From NCBI GenBank assembly GCA_963666345.1, contig OY762721.1, forward strand, positions 2,304,001 through 2,368,000: DNA of 64,000 nucleotides, written 5' to 3'. Positions within the stretch are counted from its first letter, which is position 1; every line of letters begins with the position of its first letter. The position numbers and the translations under genes are program-made. Below, in pieces: positions 1-9,864 of this stretch. The notes under the pieces were generated by a model. It did no database searches and had not been told where the DNA came from. It worked only from the letters and a program-made list of their open reading frames with translations. This DNA comes from Desulfatiglandales bacterium (GTDB taxonomy: Bacteria; Desulfobacterota; DSM-4660; Desulfatiglandales; Desulfatiglandaceae).

Positions 1-231
1 GGATGGTCTCATAAGTATTTTGAGCTTTTACACGATGTAGGGATAGAACAAAATATCGTAGATTATAAAAATTTAAACAAAGACGACCTGTTTTCACTAA
101 GTGATAATGCATGGCTTAATCGTAAGGAATTGCGCCTCACGCTTGAACAAAAGGTACCAGAACAGGTTTATAAAAGCGCCAGGGCACTCGATCACGCTGC
201 ATCTATATTTACAAATATGAATCCTTCATGA
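1..231 (+). CDS. 3' end of polysaccharide pyruvyltransferase (WcaK-like) family protein, truncated by window edge
   Basis: Frame 1 reads GWSHKYFELLHDVGIEQNIVDY...NMNPS* (TGA 229-231, ATGA overlap with next gene). GWSHKYxELL is a typical C-terminal motif of this family. Confidence 0.7.
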   Translation, partial: GWSHKYFELLHDVGIEQNIVDYKNLNKDDLFSLSDNAWLNRKELRLTLEQKVPEQVYKSARALDHAASIFTNMNPS

Positions 232-1415
232 AAAAAAACGATAATATATTGCATGTGTTGGAAAGACATTTATGCACCGGTTGCGGTACCTGTGCAGGTG
301 TTTGTCCTGTTAATGCTATTGAAATGGTCGAGTGGCAGTCAGGGGAACTGCGCCCGGAAATTGAAGGCGCTCTATGTATAGATTGTGGTTTGTGCCTTAA
401 GGTATGCCCGGGAATAAATGTTCGGCGAACAAAGGCCAGCCTCGGAGATCCTTTTGTCGGCGAGATATCGGCAGCCTATGCAGGTCAAATTACTAATAAA
501 AATTTGCTTGCGACAGCCCAAAGCGGAGGTATTGTAACGGGGCTTTTATTGCATGCCCTAGAGGTTGGATATATAGATGCGGCACTAGTAACATCGCAGA
601 ACGTGAATGGGATTGTAAGGCCTGTAGTGAAATTAACTGATGATCCGGATGAAATAATCAGTGCTCAGCAATCTAAGTACTGTCCGGTTGCACTGAATGC
701 TTTTTTGCCTGATATTCGAAAGTCAAGCAGAAGAATTGCTGTAGTCGGATTGCCCTGTCATATGCATGGATTATGGAACATTGGGAAGGAATTTCCTGAT
801 TTACTGAAAAATGTGGTAATGCGTATAGGTTTGTTTTGCGACAGAACACTCACATACGGTGCTATCGACTCTCTTATAAAAACTGCGGGCTTGAAGGAAC
901 ACAATGTTGCCGATTTCAGGTATCGCAGCAAAAAGTGGAGAGGCTGGCCTGGTGATGTCTATATAAAGAACAATCATGGAGAAGAAATAAATCTACCCCG
1001 TGAAATTCGTTATATGATCAAAGAAAAGTTTACCCCGATTCGTTGCCGCCTCTGTTACGATAAATTGAATACATTTGCAGACATCTCTGTCGGAGATTCT
1101 TACGGAATAAGTGAGTCAGTAGAAGGGATGTCGTCGATAATAATCAGAAATGAGAATATACATAAACTGATTTTGAGTGCTCGAGACTCCGGTAGTATCA
1201 GGCTTCAGGATGTGGATCCTTACCGCATTGTATGCGGTCAGGCAATCGAGGCCCGAAGAAAGCAATTTGCTATGTTTTCAAGCACATGGGAAAGAATGGG
1301 ATATATTTCACCTAAATACAGTCTCAACTTTGATTACACAAAAGTGCATGAGACAATCGATTTGACATCCTATGAGAATGTACTGAGTTCAGCGCTGAAC
1401 TGTCATAGCAAATAG
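228..1415 (+). CDS. Coenzyme F420 hydrogenase/dehydrogenase beta-subunit (FrhB/FdhB)-like protein with N-terminal 2x[4Fe-4S] domain
   Basis: CTGCGTCAGVCP and CIDCGLCLKVCP; SGGIVT, SKY, VVGLPCH, GLFC, YRSxxWxGWPG, RCRLC and ADISVGD motifs. Confidence 0.85.
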   Translation: MKKNDNILHVLERHLCTGCGTCAGVCPVNAIEMVEWQSGELRPEIEGALCIDCGLCLKVCPGINVRRTKASLGDPFVGEISAAYAGQITNKNLLATAQSGGIVTGLLLHALEVGYIDAALVTSQNVNGIVRPVVKLTDDPDEIISAQQSKYCPVALNAFLPDIRKSSRRIAVVGLPCHMHGLWNIGKEFPDLLKNVVMRIGLFCDRTLTYGAIDSLIKTAGLKEHNVADFRYRSKKWRGWPGDVYIKNNHGEEINLPREIRYMIKEKFTPIRCRLCYDKLNTFADISVGDSYGISESVEGMSSIIIRNENIHKLILSARDSGSIRLQDVDPYRIVCGQAIEARRKQFAMFSSTWERMGYISPKYSLNFDYTKVHETIDLTSYENVLSSALNCHSK

Positions 1416-1495
1416 ATCTAAAAAGGCTATGTATCAGGACACCGACGCCGGCCGTATTTGAATTAGGCATAATTGAATGGAAATTAGGAAGAAGC

Positions 1496-3403
1496 ATGGC
1501 GCAGATGAACAAAGACGGAAACTTGAAGATATCTCTTTGCATGATCGTAAAAGATGAAGAGTCCTGCCTCGGGAGCTGTCTGAAAAGCGTACGGGAATAT
1601 GTAGATGAAATCATTCTTGTGGACACCGGGTCAAGGGATAAAACAGTAGAGATTGCAAAAAGTTTTGGTGCCAGGATCTACCATCACCCCTGGGAAGATG
1701 ACTTCAGCAAGCACAGAAACCAGTCACTTTCTTATGCAACAGGTGATTGGATCTTTCAACTGGATGCCGATGAAGAACTGTTTGACGGGGACGGGCCTGA
1801 TTTAAAAAGGACTATTGAAAACGGAAATGCAGATTATTATCAATGCATGTTTTACGATATGAAAAAGGACGGCACCGTCCATGGGGTGTTCAACCTTATC
1901 AGGCTTTTCCGGAACGGCATGGGGATGTACTACACGCGGAAGGTCCACAACCAGCTTTGCCGAGTTGGAACAGGCGCCTATTCAAACTTGCGCATCAGGC
2001 ATTATGGTTACGATCTTTCCAGGGAAAAGATGGAGGTGAAGCATGTCAGGACAACAACCCTGTTGGAAGAGATGATCTTGATGAATCCTGGAGACATCTA
2101 CAGCCGGTATCAGTTGGCCGCGTCCTATTCAATGCACAAAGATTATGAGAAAGCGGTGGAACATGGAGAATTTGCCTTGAGAATGAGACGTGAAAAAGGA
2201 CTTACAGACTCATATTTCATCAACACCTATTATGCAGTTGGTCAGGGATATCTTGCTTTAGGCGACCTTGAAAATGCGGAGCTTACATTCCTTGAGGCGC
2301 TCGATTATTTTGATCTGAATCTCGACGCCTGCTATATGCTGGCAAATATCTATTTCAAAAAAAGGAATGCTGCAAAATGCAAAAAACTATCTTTCCGTTA
2401 TCTGGAAATTTTAGATACATTAAAAAATAATCCGGAAAAGATGCGAGGGGTCTATTTCTGCAGTTTTACCGATGCCCCTCAGATTTATTATGGCCTGGGC
2501 TGTGTCGCTTACATAGAAAACGATTATAAAAAGATGGACCAGTACTTCCTGCAATCATTTGAAATGGATTCTTGCAAAGCGGAAAAGGCATTAGTTGCAG
2601 CGAGGTTTTTTCTTGAAGCTGACATGGATGAAAGGAGCCTGAGATGGCTTACTGCCGCCTACAAAGAGGGAAGCCGCGATAAGGATCTCATAGGATATAT
2701 GAAGCAGATCTACGAGGAAAGGACAGGCGCAGATGAGGCGCTCCGGAAAATTACCGGTCTTTTGAATAATTTTCCTGGATGGGCAGCACTTTGGAGTGCT
2801 TCAGGTGACCTGCAAATTCGCCTCGGGAATCCCAGGGAGGCGGCTGAAAGTTTCAGAATAAGCCTGAAACTCGACCCGGATAATAGTGAGGTTTACTTGA
2901 AGCTTGTACCGATCTATGAGGCATTAGGCGACATATGTCTGGCGAAGACCGTCTGTCAGGAACTCTGCCGACGCTTTCCCTCTGAGCAACGGGCCTTACT
3001 CAAAATGGGAAAACTTCTGATGACCAGAGAACCAGAAAAGGCATTAGAGTATCTTCAGGATATCTCCACAAAATCCCTGGAAGAATTCGATCGTTTCGAA
3101 ACAGCGCTGTTGAAGATAAAACTTTTCTGGCGTTTGGAGCAGATTGAAAAATTAGTCAAATGCTTAGAGAAATTGATGGTTTCTCTCGGCATGGAAACAG
3201 AACTTGTGGTCAATTCGTTAGCGGATTTGGGAGAGCTTGTCTATAATGTTTCCGAGGTATTTTGCCACCGTCTGCAATGGCATCTGGCAGAACAGGCCCT
3301 CAGCCTTGCCATTCAAATCGCCCCTGCTATTTTTGATCACAATAAATTTGACCGGATTCTTCTGAGCGCCGAACAGAGACCTTTTCAATCCTCCCGATTT
3401 TGA
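1496..3403 (+). CDS. GT2 glycosyltransferase with TPR repeats, probable flagellin glycosyltransferase
   Basis: ISLCMIVKDE, VDTGSxD, DFSxxRN, LDADE and IRHYGY motifs followed by TPR-like helices; lies immediately upstream of flagellin. Confidence 0.85.
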   Translation: MAQMNKDGNLKISLCMIVKDEESCLGSCLKSVREYVDEIILVDTGSRDKTVEIAKSFGARIYHHPWEDDFSKHRNQSLSYATGDWIFQLDADEELFDGDGPDLKRTIENGNADYYQCMFYDMKKDGTVHGVFNLIRLFRNGMGMYYTRKVHNQLCRVGTGAYSNLRIRHYGYDLSREKMEVKHVRTTTLLEEMILMNPGDIYSRYQLAASYSMHKDYEKAVEHGEFALRMRREKGLTDSYFINTYYAVGQGYLALGDLENAELTFLEALDYFDLNLDACYMLANIYFKKRNAAKCKKLSFRYLEILDTLKNNPEKMRGVYFCSFTDAPQIYYGLGCVAYIENDYKKMDQYFLQSFEMDSCKAEKALVAARFFLEADMDERSLRWLTAAYKEGSRDKDLIGYMKQIYEERTGADEALRKITGLLNNFPGWAALWSASGDLQIRLGNPREAAESFRISLKLDPDNSEVYLKLVPIYEALGDICLAKTVCQELCRRFPSEQRALLKMGKLLMTREPEKALEYLQDISTKSLEEFDRFETALLKIKLFWRLEQIEKLVKCLEKLMVSLGMETELVVNSLADLGELVYNVSEVFCHRLQWHLAEQALSLAIQIAPAIFDHNKFDRILLSAEQRPFQSSRF

Positions 3404-3533
3404 GCTAGACACCGACATCTTGCCTTACGACCGATCACATCTACGAGGTTGTACTGTCCCTCAACTGATTGCCAGAATCAAATCGATTTTGAAATTGAAA
3501 CCAGTCATCTTTCTATTTCTTAGTAAAAAAGCC

Positions 3534-3561
3534 TAAAGATAACCATGCCTCTTGCCGATAA
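3534..3561 (+). promoter_or_regulatory. sigma28 (FliA) promoter of flagellin
   Basis: TAAAG-N15-GCCGATAA, about 140 bp upstream of fliC. Confidence 0.85.
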
Positions 3562-3700
3562 CATGTTTGAAGGTTCGAAACGATCCAAATCATCGGAAAG
3601 GGGGGAATGATTTTCAAGAGAATAAAAACAGGATCGTAAACCTGCGGCAAGGACGCCAAAATATTAACGTCGCAAAAACGATATCAAGGAGGATAGAAAA

Positions 3701-4816
3701 ATGGGTTTAAGGATTCAAAACAATATCGCGGCACTGAACGCACACCGGAATCTTACGGTTTCAGACGCAGGAATGAGCAAGTCTCTGGAAAGGCTTTCTT
3801 CTGGCTTTCGCATCAACTCCGCCAAAGACGACGCAGCTGGGTTGGCTATCTCTCAGGGATTCCGGGCTAATATTGCAGCCACCAAAGTTGCTCAGAGAAA
3901 CGTGAGCGAGGCAAATGCCCTTTTGCAGACTGCTGAAGGCGCAATGAACACCGTAGGTGATATTCTGACAAGAATGAAGGAATTGGCAACCCAGGCATCT
4001 TCCGCCAACGCGGGAACTGATATTGCAAAAGTTTCAGCCGAATACAACACCTTGGTGCTCGAAATTGATCGTATCGCCAACGGCACCAAGTACGCAGGCA
4101 CGGCACTGGTTAATGGTAACTTCAGTTCCGGCAATACACTCAAAGCCGCGTCATCAACTTGGGACTCCGCAATAGCAAACGTGTACGATATTAATGTATC
4201 GAATGCAGCGGCGGGAGCATATACGGTCGCTTACTCGGCCACCTCAGACGCAATGACGATAACCAAGGGTGGTGTGTCGGAATCTAAGACACTTGTCGAT
4301 GGTGCTCAGACGGTTAATTTTGGAACGTTTGGTATAAGTTTCAAGACAACTGCCGCCGCCGTTGCAGACACTGTGGGTGCGGCTATGGATGATGTGCAAA
4401 CGGTTGAACTCGGAGCCAACTCCAAGGACTTCCAGATCGGTTCCGAAAATAATATCTATAATAAGATCTCTGTGAGTATTGATTCCATCACAGCCACTAC
4501 TCTGGGGGTTGCCTCGGGGGATATTGCCACGGCAACGGGCGCCCAAAGTACTCTCACAACAATTGATAGTGCGGTTAGCGCCCTGGCCACATCCCGTGGT
4601 GAAATCGGCGCCTATCAGAACCGTCTCGGTTATGCATCTTCCAACCTCTCCATTACACTGGAAAATTTTACTGCCGCGGAATCGGTTATCCGCGATGTGG
4701 ATATGGCATCTGAAATGACCTCATTTACCAAGAACCAGATCCTGCTCCAGGCCGGTACCGCCATGCTTGCACAGGCTAACATGGCCCCGCAGCAGATCTT
4801 GTCCCTGTTCGGATAA
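3701..4816 (+). CDS. fliC: Flagellin
   Basis: MGLRIQNNIAALNA...LERLSSGFRINSAKDDAAGL N-terminus; GAYQNRL...IRDVDMASEM...AQAN C-terminus; AAGGAGG RBS. Confidence 0.98.
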   Translation: MGLRIQNNIAALNAHRNLTVSDAGMSKSLERLSSGFRINSAKDDAAGLAISQGFRANIAATKVAQRNVSEANALLQTAEGAMNTVGDILTRMKELATQASSANAGTDIAKVSAEYNTLVLEIDRIANGTKYAGTALVNGNFSSGNTLKAASSTWDSAIANVYDINVSNAAAGAYTVAYSATSDAMTITKGGVSESKTLVDGAQTVNFGTFGISFKTTAAAVADTVGAAMDDVQTVELGANSKDFQIGSENNIYNKISVSIDSITATTLGVASGDIATATGAQSTLTTIDSAVSALATSRGEIGAYQNRLGYASSNLSITLENFTAAESVIRDVDMASEMTSFTKNQILLQAGTAMLAQANMAPQQILSLFG

Positions 4817-4892
4817 TAAGGCGCTGCCTTAAGGCTTTTATCAAGGGCGGCTGCGTTGCCCGGGATCGAACAGATTTACAAATCTTAACCAT

Positions 4893-4931
4893 AAGACCCC
4901 GCTTCCGGAACCAGGGAGGCGGGGTCTTTGT
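4893..4931 (+). terminator. Intrinsic terminator after fliC
   Basis: AAGACCCCGCTTCC / GGAGGCGGGGTCTT stem followed by TGT. Confidence 0.75.
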
Positions 4932-4948
4932 GCTTCAGCCCTATTGAT

Positions 4949-4964
4949 TGGCAGACATCTTGCT
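4949..4964 (+). promoter_or_regulatory. sigma54 -24/-12 promoter upstream of fliD
   Basis: TGGCAGACATCTTGCT (GG-N10-GC). Confidence 0.7.
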
Positions 4965-4990
4965 ATATGCATCAGCAGGCATGAAAACTC

Positions 4991-5018
4991 TCAAGGTTTG
5001 GGTCACCTTTTCCGATAA
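4991..5018 (+). promoter_or_regulatory. sigma28 promoter upstream of fliD
   Basis: TCAAG-N15-TCCGATAA. Confidence 0.6.
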
Positions 5019-5126
5019 TTAATATTAAACAGGAAAAATTTTCCACCTTTTTGTGATCGGGTTCTTTTCGGAAACCTGATTGATAAAGGACCTTGTGCAT
5101 CAAATCCTATTTTTGTGAGGTGCAGT

Positions 5127-8100
5127 ATGTCGTTAAGCACGAACCTGATTTCAGGCCTTTCGAGCGGTTTTGACTGGCGCGGTATGATTGACCAGTTGAT
5201 GGCGATCGAACACCAACGGGTTGATCTGGTTGAGGATAAAAAAAGCGAATATGAGGAAGAGCTCTCAGCGTGGCAGTCCTTTAATACTAAACTATTGGCG
5301 CTGAAGACCGCTGCGGAGGGGTTAAAAGACCAGGAAGACTTTTATCTCTATACATCGAGCATGACCTCAAGCGACAGCTCCCTGGATGCCTCCGATCTCA
5401 TCTCTGTTTCAACTACTTCTGATGCCTCGCCCGGTTCATATACCATCCAGGTAACCCAAACGGCCACTGCGGAAAAACTTTCATCCAAGTCCTTCTCAAA
5501 CATCTCTGAATCGCTTGGCGGTTCATACGCGGGTGATATTCTAATAAACGGAAATGTTATCACCATAAGTGATTCAGATGACCTGGTCGATATGCGCGAT
5601 AAGATAAACAATGCCAACAGCGGCGCGGATGAAAGCGGTGTGACGGCCTCAATAATCAATTATGGTACAAGCGGGTACAGGCTCATTCTTTCCAGCGACG
5701 ATACAGGAGCAGAGGGAATAAGCCTCCTGAATGGAGGGGCGGCAGACCTGCTGGGCAATATGGGCTTTGTAGATAGTGCCGCCAAGACCGCCAAGACCGC
5801 TATAAACGGGGGGCACAAAAGCGATGCGTTTTCAGGAACCGCCACTGCGATTGGTAGTTCCGGCCTTTTGAATCTGTCTGACGGCCAGGAAGGCACTGTG
5901 ACATTGAATATCATCGTAGGTGGAATCGTCTATTCAGCCGATGTCTCAATTGATCTTTCCTCCAGTGGAGATTCTCTCAACGATATTTCTACAAAGATCA
6001 ATTCCGCCTTTGCGGCCCTGGGTTCGCCCCCTCCTTCCGACCCCGCTTCGGTCATAAGCGAGACAGAGGATGGGGAGACCATGTATCGGCTGCTTATCGA
6101 AGGAGAATCAATCAGTTACACGGATTCCAACAATGTCCTGGAGACTTTGGGCGTTCTGGAGCGGGCCGGCGTATCGGAGGAAAAGGGCGTAACAGGCGAT
6201 GTGGCCAACACATCGGACGGAGCCCCCATCACCTCTTCTACCTTGATTAAGGATATAGACGGTTATCTTGATTATGCGAGCGGAGATAAAATAAGGCTGA
6301 CAGGCACAGGTACCGGGGGCGCGACTGTTGATACGTCACTGGACCTTGACGACACCACCACGGTTGCTCAACTTCTAACGGCAATCGAGGGCGCATACGG
6401 CAATGTAACGGCCTCTGTCACCGCTGAAGGCAAGATCCAGGTCGTAGACAATGAAATAGGAGATGCCGATCTTGTGGTTAGAGTTAACGTCAGAAACGCG
6501 GGTGATACTTCTGAGCGTGACCTCAGCTTTGACACAAATGAAAACGGTTTTGAAAATGGAGGTGATCCATCGAAGATCAGATCCCGCCGGCTCCAGGCGG
6601 GCTCTGATGCCCAGATCACAGTGGATGGCGTTACTGTAACAAGCAGCGACAATACCGTGGAGGATGTCCTTTCAGGCGTGACGCTCAATTTGTTGAACCA
6701 TGCTGCTTCGGAACCGACTATTACGCTTAGTATCGATAGGGATATCGATGCCATTATGGAAAATATCAGTGATTTCGTGGATAAATACAATGAAGTGGCG
6801 GCCTACATTTCACAGCAGCAGACCTATGACGAGGAGAGTGAGACGATCGGCGGAATCCTTTTTGGCAACGGCACGCTTTCCTCGGTGAAATCGGATCTGA
6901 CATCCATCCTGATAGATGCCGTATCGGGTGTGTCAAGCGAGTTTTCAATACTGGGTCTGGTGGGAATAAATCTGGACAACGACGGCCAGCTGGAGATAGA
7001 TGCCGATACCCTTAAGGGTTACCTGGAAACCAACTTTAATGATATCAACAACCTGTTCACCTCAAACGGGGGCACAAGCGGCGGCGAGCTGGTCTATGTC
7101 GATCATTCCCGAGATACCCAGCCTGGTACATATGCGGTCCACATAACCAATTCCGCCGTACAGAGTAACGCTGTGAGCGTTGACGGCGGAGTTGCAGCCG
7201 ACGAGACTCTTACTATAACCGAGGGTTATAAAACCGCTTCCATCGATTTGACAAGCGATATGACGCTTGAACAGATCGTGAGTACTATTAATGCTGATCT
7301 GGACGCCGTTTATACGGAGACCCTTGTAGGCAGTGAGTCCCTCACCACGGACGGTGCTTCGGATTACATCAGATCTTCTACCAAATGGTCCGAAATATAT
7401 GGCATGCCGGCTCTGGAAGACGAAGATGTGATCTCTTTTACCGGCACCACCCGTAACGGCGTTGCGGTAAATGGGGAATATACCGTTGACCAGGTAACCT
7501 CCGACACGGTTCAGGGACTTTTGTCGGCAATAGAAGATTCGATGTCAAACGAGGTTACCGCCTCCATTGACGACTATGGACGGATCGTTTTGATGGATAA
7601 ATATACCGGATACAGCGAACTTTCCCTTGAGATAACAGAACCTGTGGGGAAGGGTCTTGATTTCGGGGATGTGGACGTGACACAGGGGGTGGATGACGGA
7701 AGCCGGGAAGGTCGTTACGCCATGGCTATTACCGCTTCGGATGACGGCAGCGGCCATCTGGCGCTTACCCATGACAGTTACGGGTCCGGTCACGATTTTT
7801 CCGTCCTGGAAAGCAGGGATGACGGTCTCTGGAACCTGGATACTGAAATCACTGTTGAAAATGGCGAGGATGTGGCCGGTACCATAAAAGGGGAGGCTGC
7901 AACCGGAAGCGGCCAGATTCTTACAGGCGCGGAAGGGGAGAATAATGTGGACGGCCTGGTGATCAAATACACCGGTACGGCTGAAAATCAGGACATGGGC
8001 TCCGTCACGCTCACCATAGGCGTTGCCGAACTTTTTGACCGTGCACTCTATAATATTACCGATTCATATGACGGTTATGTGATCTTCAAGCAGGATTCCC

Positions 8101-8288
8101 TTCAAGAGAGGATCAATGATTTTGATGACCAGATTGAAGAGATGGAGGCACGGCTTGATTTTAAGATGGAGACGATGATCAACCGTTTTGTTGCCATGGA
8201 ATTGGCCCTTAGCGAAATGCAGAACCAGAGTGACTGGCTTGCGGGTCAGATAAGTGCCTCATACAGCGGATGGGGACCCTTACGTTAA
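5127..8288 (+). CDS. fliD: Flagellar filament cap protein, unusually long (about 1050 aa)
   Basis: ISGLSSGFDWRGMIDQLM N-terminus; C-terminal coiled coil ...RFVAMELALSEMQNQSDWL; between fliC and fliS; ATG 5127 follows GAGG. Confidence 0.93.
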   Translation: MSLSTNLISGLSSGFDWRGMIDQLMAIEHQRVDLVEDKKSEYEEELSAWQSFNTKLLALKTAAEGLKDQEDFYLYTSSMTSSDSSLDASDLISVSTTSDASPGSYTIQVTQTATAEKLSSKSFSNISESLGGSYAGDILINGNVITISDSDDLVDMRDKINNANSGADESGVTASIINYGTSGYRLILSSDDTGAEGISLLNGGAADLLGNMGFVDSAAKTAKTAINGGHKSDAFSGTATAIGSSGLLNLSDGQEGTVTLNIIVGGIVYSADVSIDLSSSGDSLNDISTKINSAFAALGSPPPSDPASVISETEDGETMYRLLIEGESISYTDSNNVLETLGVLERAGVSEEKGVTGDVANTSDGAPITSSTLIKDIDGYLDYASGDKIRLTGTGTGGATVDTSLDLDDTTTVAQLLTAIEGAYGNVTASVTAEGKIQVVDNEIGDADLVVRVNVRNAGDTSERDLSFDTNENGFENGGDPSKIRSRRLQAGSDAQITVDGVTVTSSDNTVEDVLSGVTLNLLNHAASEPTITLSIDRDIDAIMENISDFVDKYNEVAAYISQQQTYDEESETIGGILFGNGTLSSVKSDLTSILIDAVSGVSSEFSILGLVGINLDNDGQLEIDADTLKGYLETNFNDINNLFTSNGGTSGGELVYVDHSRDTQPGTYAVHITNSAVQSNAVSVDGGVAADETLTITEGYKTASIDLTSDMTLEQIVSTINADLDAVYTETLVGSESLTTDGASDYIRSSTKWSEIYGMPALEDEDVISFTGTTRNGVAVNGEYTVDQVTSDTVQGLLSAIEDSMSNEVTASIDDYGRIVLMDKYTGYSELSLEITEPVGKGLDFGDVDVTQGVDDGSREGRYAMAITASDDGSGHLALTHDSYGSGHDFSVLESRDDGLWNLDTEITVENGEDVAGTIKGEAATGSGQILTGAEGENNVDGLVIKYTGTAENQDMGSVTLTIGVAELFDRALYNITDSYDGYVIFKQDSLQERINDFDDQIEEMEARLDFKMETMINRFVAMELALSEMQNQSDWLAGQISASYSGWGPLR

Positions 8289-8367
8289 TTGTCGATTCGT
8301 TACGGGTATTATGTATGATCAAAAGATAAACAGGGAATGAAAGACTAAAAAGAGGAGGGCTTTTAAA

Positions 8368-8802
8368 ATGTATAGCAATGGACTCCGGTCCTACCTGGAA
8401 ACCGACGTGATTACGGCGGACCCAAAAAAATTGGTGCTGATGTGCTATGAGGGAGCGATCGAGAATCTGAAAATCGCAAAGGTCAGATATGATGAGGAAG
8501 ACTATGAGGGCAAATGCAAGGCAATCATAAAGGCTCAGGATATCATTAACGAACTGCTATGTTCACTGGACTTGGAAAAGGGAGGCTCTATAGCCGGGAA
8601 TTTGAAATCTCTTTATAGTTATATGTTAGGCGAAATACTCCATGCCGATATAAATAGAGACTTTCATGCTATTGAAGGGATTATAGGAATGCTGGAAGGG
8701 CTGAAATCCGCCTGGGAAGAGGCCTTTTACGGACGGGAAAAGACGATCAGCGCCGGAAATGAAAGATTCGACGCGATAAGGGTGATGGCACAAACAGGCT
8801 GA
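8368..8802 (+). CDS. fliS: Flagellin export chaperone
   Basis: TADPKKLVLMCYEGAI, KAQDII, NLKSLYSYM and LKSAWEE motifs. Confidence 0.95.
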   Translation: MYSNGLRSYLETDVITADPKKLVLMCYEGAIENLKIAKVRYDEEDYEGKCKAIIKAQDIINELLCSLDLEKGGSIAGNLKSLYSYMLGEILHADINRDFHAIEGIIGMLEGLKSAWEEAFYGREKTISAGNERFDAIRVMAQTG

Positions 8803-8860
8803 AGTCAAAAGGTTCAAAGTTCAGGAGTGAGGCTTCAGGAGCCCAACCGGAGGTGAGGTT

Positions 8861-9313
8861 ATGAAACATATTGAAACCGCAGAGAGGGTTTGTCTTTTTA
8901 TGGAAAAAAAATTGACCCTTTTAAGGAGGTATTTGTCCCTTACAAAGAAGATGAAAGAGACATTAAAGGATAGGGAATCGACCGGCATAGAAAGACTTGT
9001 TATAGAACGTAAGGACTGTATCAAAAGAATTCATAAGATAAATCTATTAGTGAAAAGGCTCGGTAAGGCAGGACCTGAAAAGCTGCTTGTCGCAACGGAT
9101 AGATTGGCATGCATGATTGAAGGTTATCTCAGGGACATAAGAAATACCATGGAAGCCATCGCCTCTGTGGATCAGGAAGTGACGGTAATGGTAAGAGCGG
9201 AGAGCGAGAGCATCAAAACCCAACTCCTTAGTATGCGTAATACCCGACAGGCCGCGCAGGGTTATAAAAGGGATGGGCCGGCTTCTCCAAGATTTCTGGA
9301 TATCAAAAGGTAA
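8861..9313 (+). CDS. FliT/FlgN-like helical export chaperone
   Basis: All-helical, follows fliS, ends AAQGY...RFLDIKR; GGAGG RBS. Confidence 0.6.
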   Translation: MKHIETAERVCLFMEKKLTLLRRYLSLTKKMKETLKDRESTGIERLVIERKDCIKRIHKINLLVKRLGKAGPEKLLVATDRLACMIEGYLRDIRNTMEAIASVDQEVTVMVRAESESIKTQLLSMRNTRQAAQGYKRDGPASPRFLDIKR

Positions 9314-9430
9314 CATCGCCTGAACAAGAGACAAAATTCGTGGAAATAGAAAGATGTTTAATGCCGGCGGCCTTATAAATTTTTTACTCTGAAATCCAAC
9401 CTATGGGAAATTGTCGTATTGAGATCTTCC

Positions 9431-9457
9431 TAAAGTTTTCTTCAGGGATTCCGATAT
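9431..9457 (+). promoter_or_regulatory. sigma28 promoter of flaG-REC-HD-GYP unit
   Basis: TAAAGTTT-N11-TCCGATAT, canonical spacing. Confidence 0.85.
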
Positions 9458-9481
9458 AGAGATATAAGGAGGTGATTCAAA

Positions 9482-9832
9482 ATGTTAGCCGAATCTGTCG
9501 CTGCATCAGGAAACGAAACTGCTCAAATGGTTCAAGCAAGTCTTCCGGCAGCAAATGAAAATGCCCAAAACGGCGGGGCGGATATAAGGACGGAAAAACA
9601 GACGGATTTTTCCAACATAGCGGAAATTATAGCTGAAGTTCAAACAAGTCTTGATATTATTGGTAATTTGGATCTGCAATTTTCGATCCACGAAGGTACC
9701 GGCAAAATTATGGTGACCGTAAGAGATGAAGCCTCCGGCGAGGTAGTAAGGGAAATCCCCGCTAGAGAGATTTTGGACCTTGCGGCCAAATTAGACGCAA
9801 TGGTCGGTCTCATATTTGATCAAAACTGCTGA
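9482..9832 (+). CDS. flaG: FlaG family protein
   Basis: LQFSIHEGTGKIMVTVRDEASGEVVREIP...GLIFD motif; AAGGAGG RBS. Confidence 0.92.
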   Translation: MLAESVAASGNETAQMVQASLPAANENAQNGGADIRTEKQTDFSNIAEIIAEVQTSLDIIGNLDLQFSIHEGTGKIMVTVRDEASGEVVREIPAREILDLAAKLDAMVGLIFDQNC

Positions 9833-9864
9833 AAGGCGGGTTGGCGGGGTTTGTATCCAGACAA

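Noticed and set aside
1400..1498. Possible frameshifted fusion of the FrhB-like and GT2 genes (GT2 frame open from 1409)
   Set aside because: 29 open codons can occur by chance, and GT2 has its own AGGA RBS before ATG 1496.
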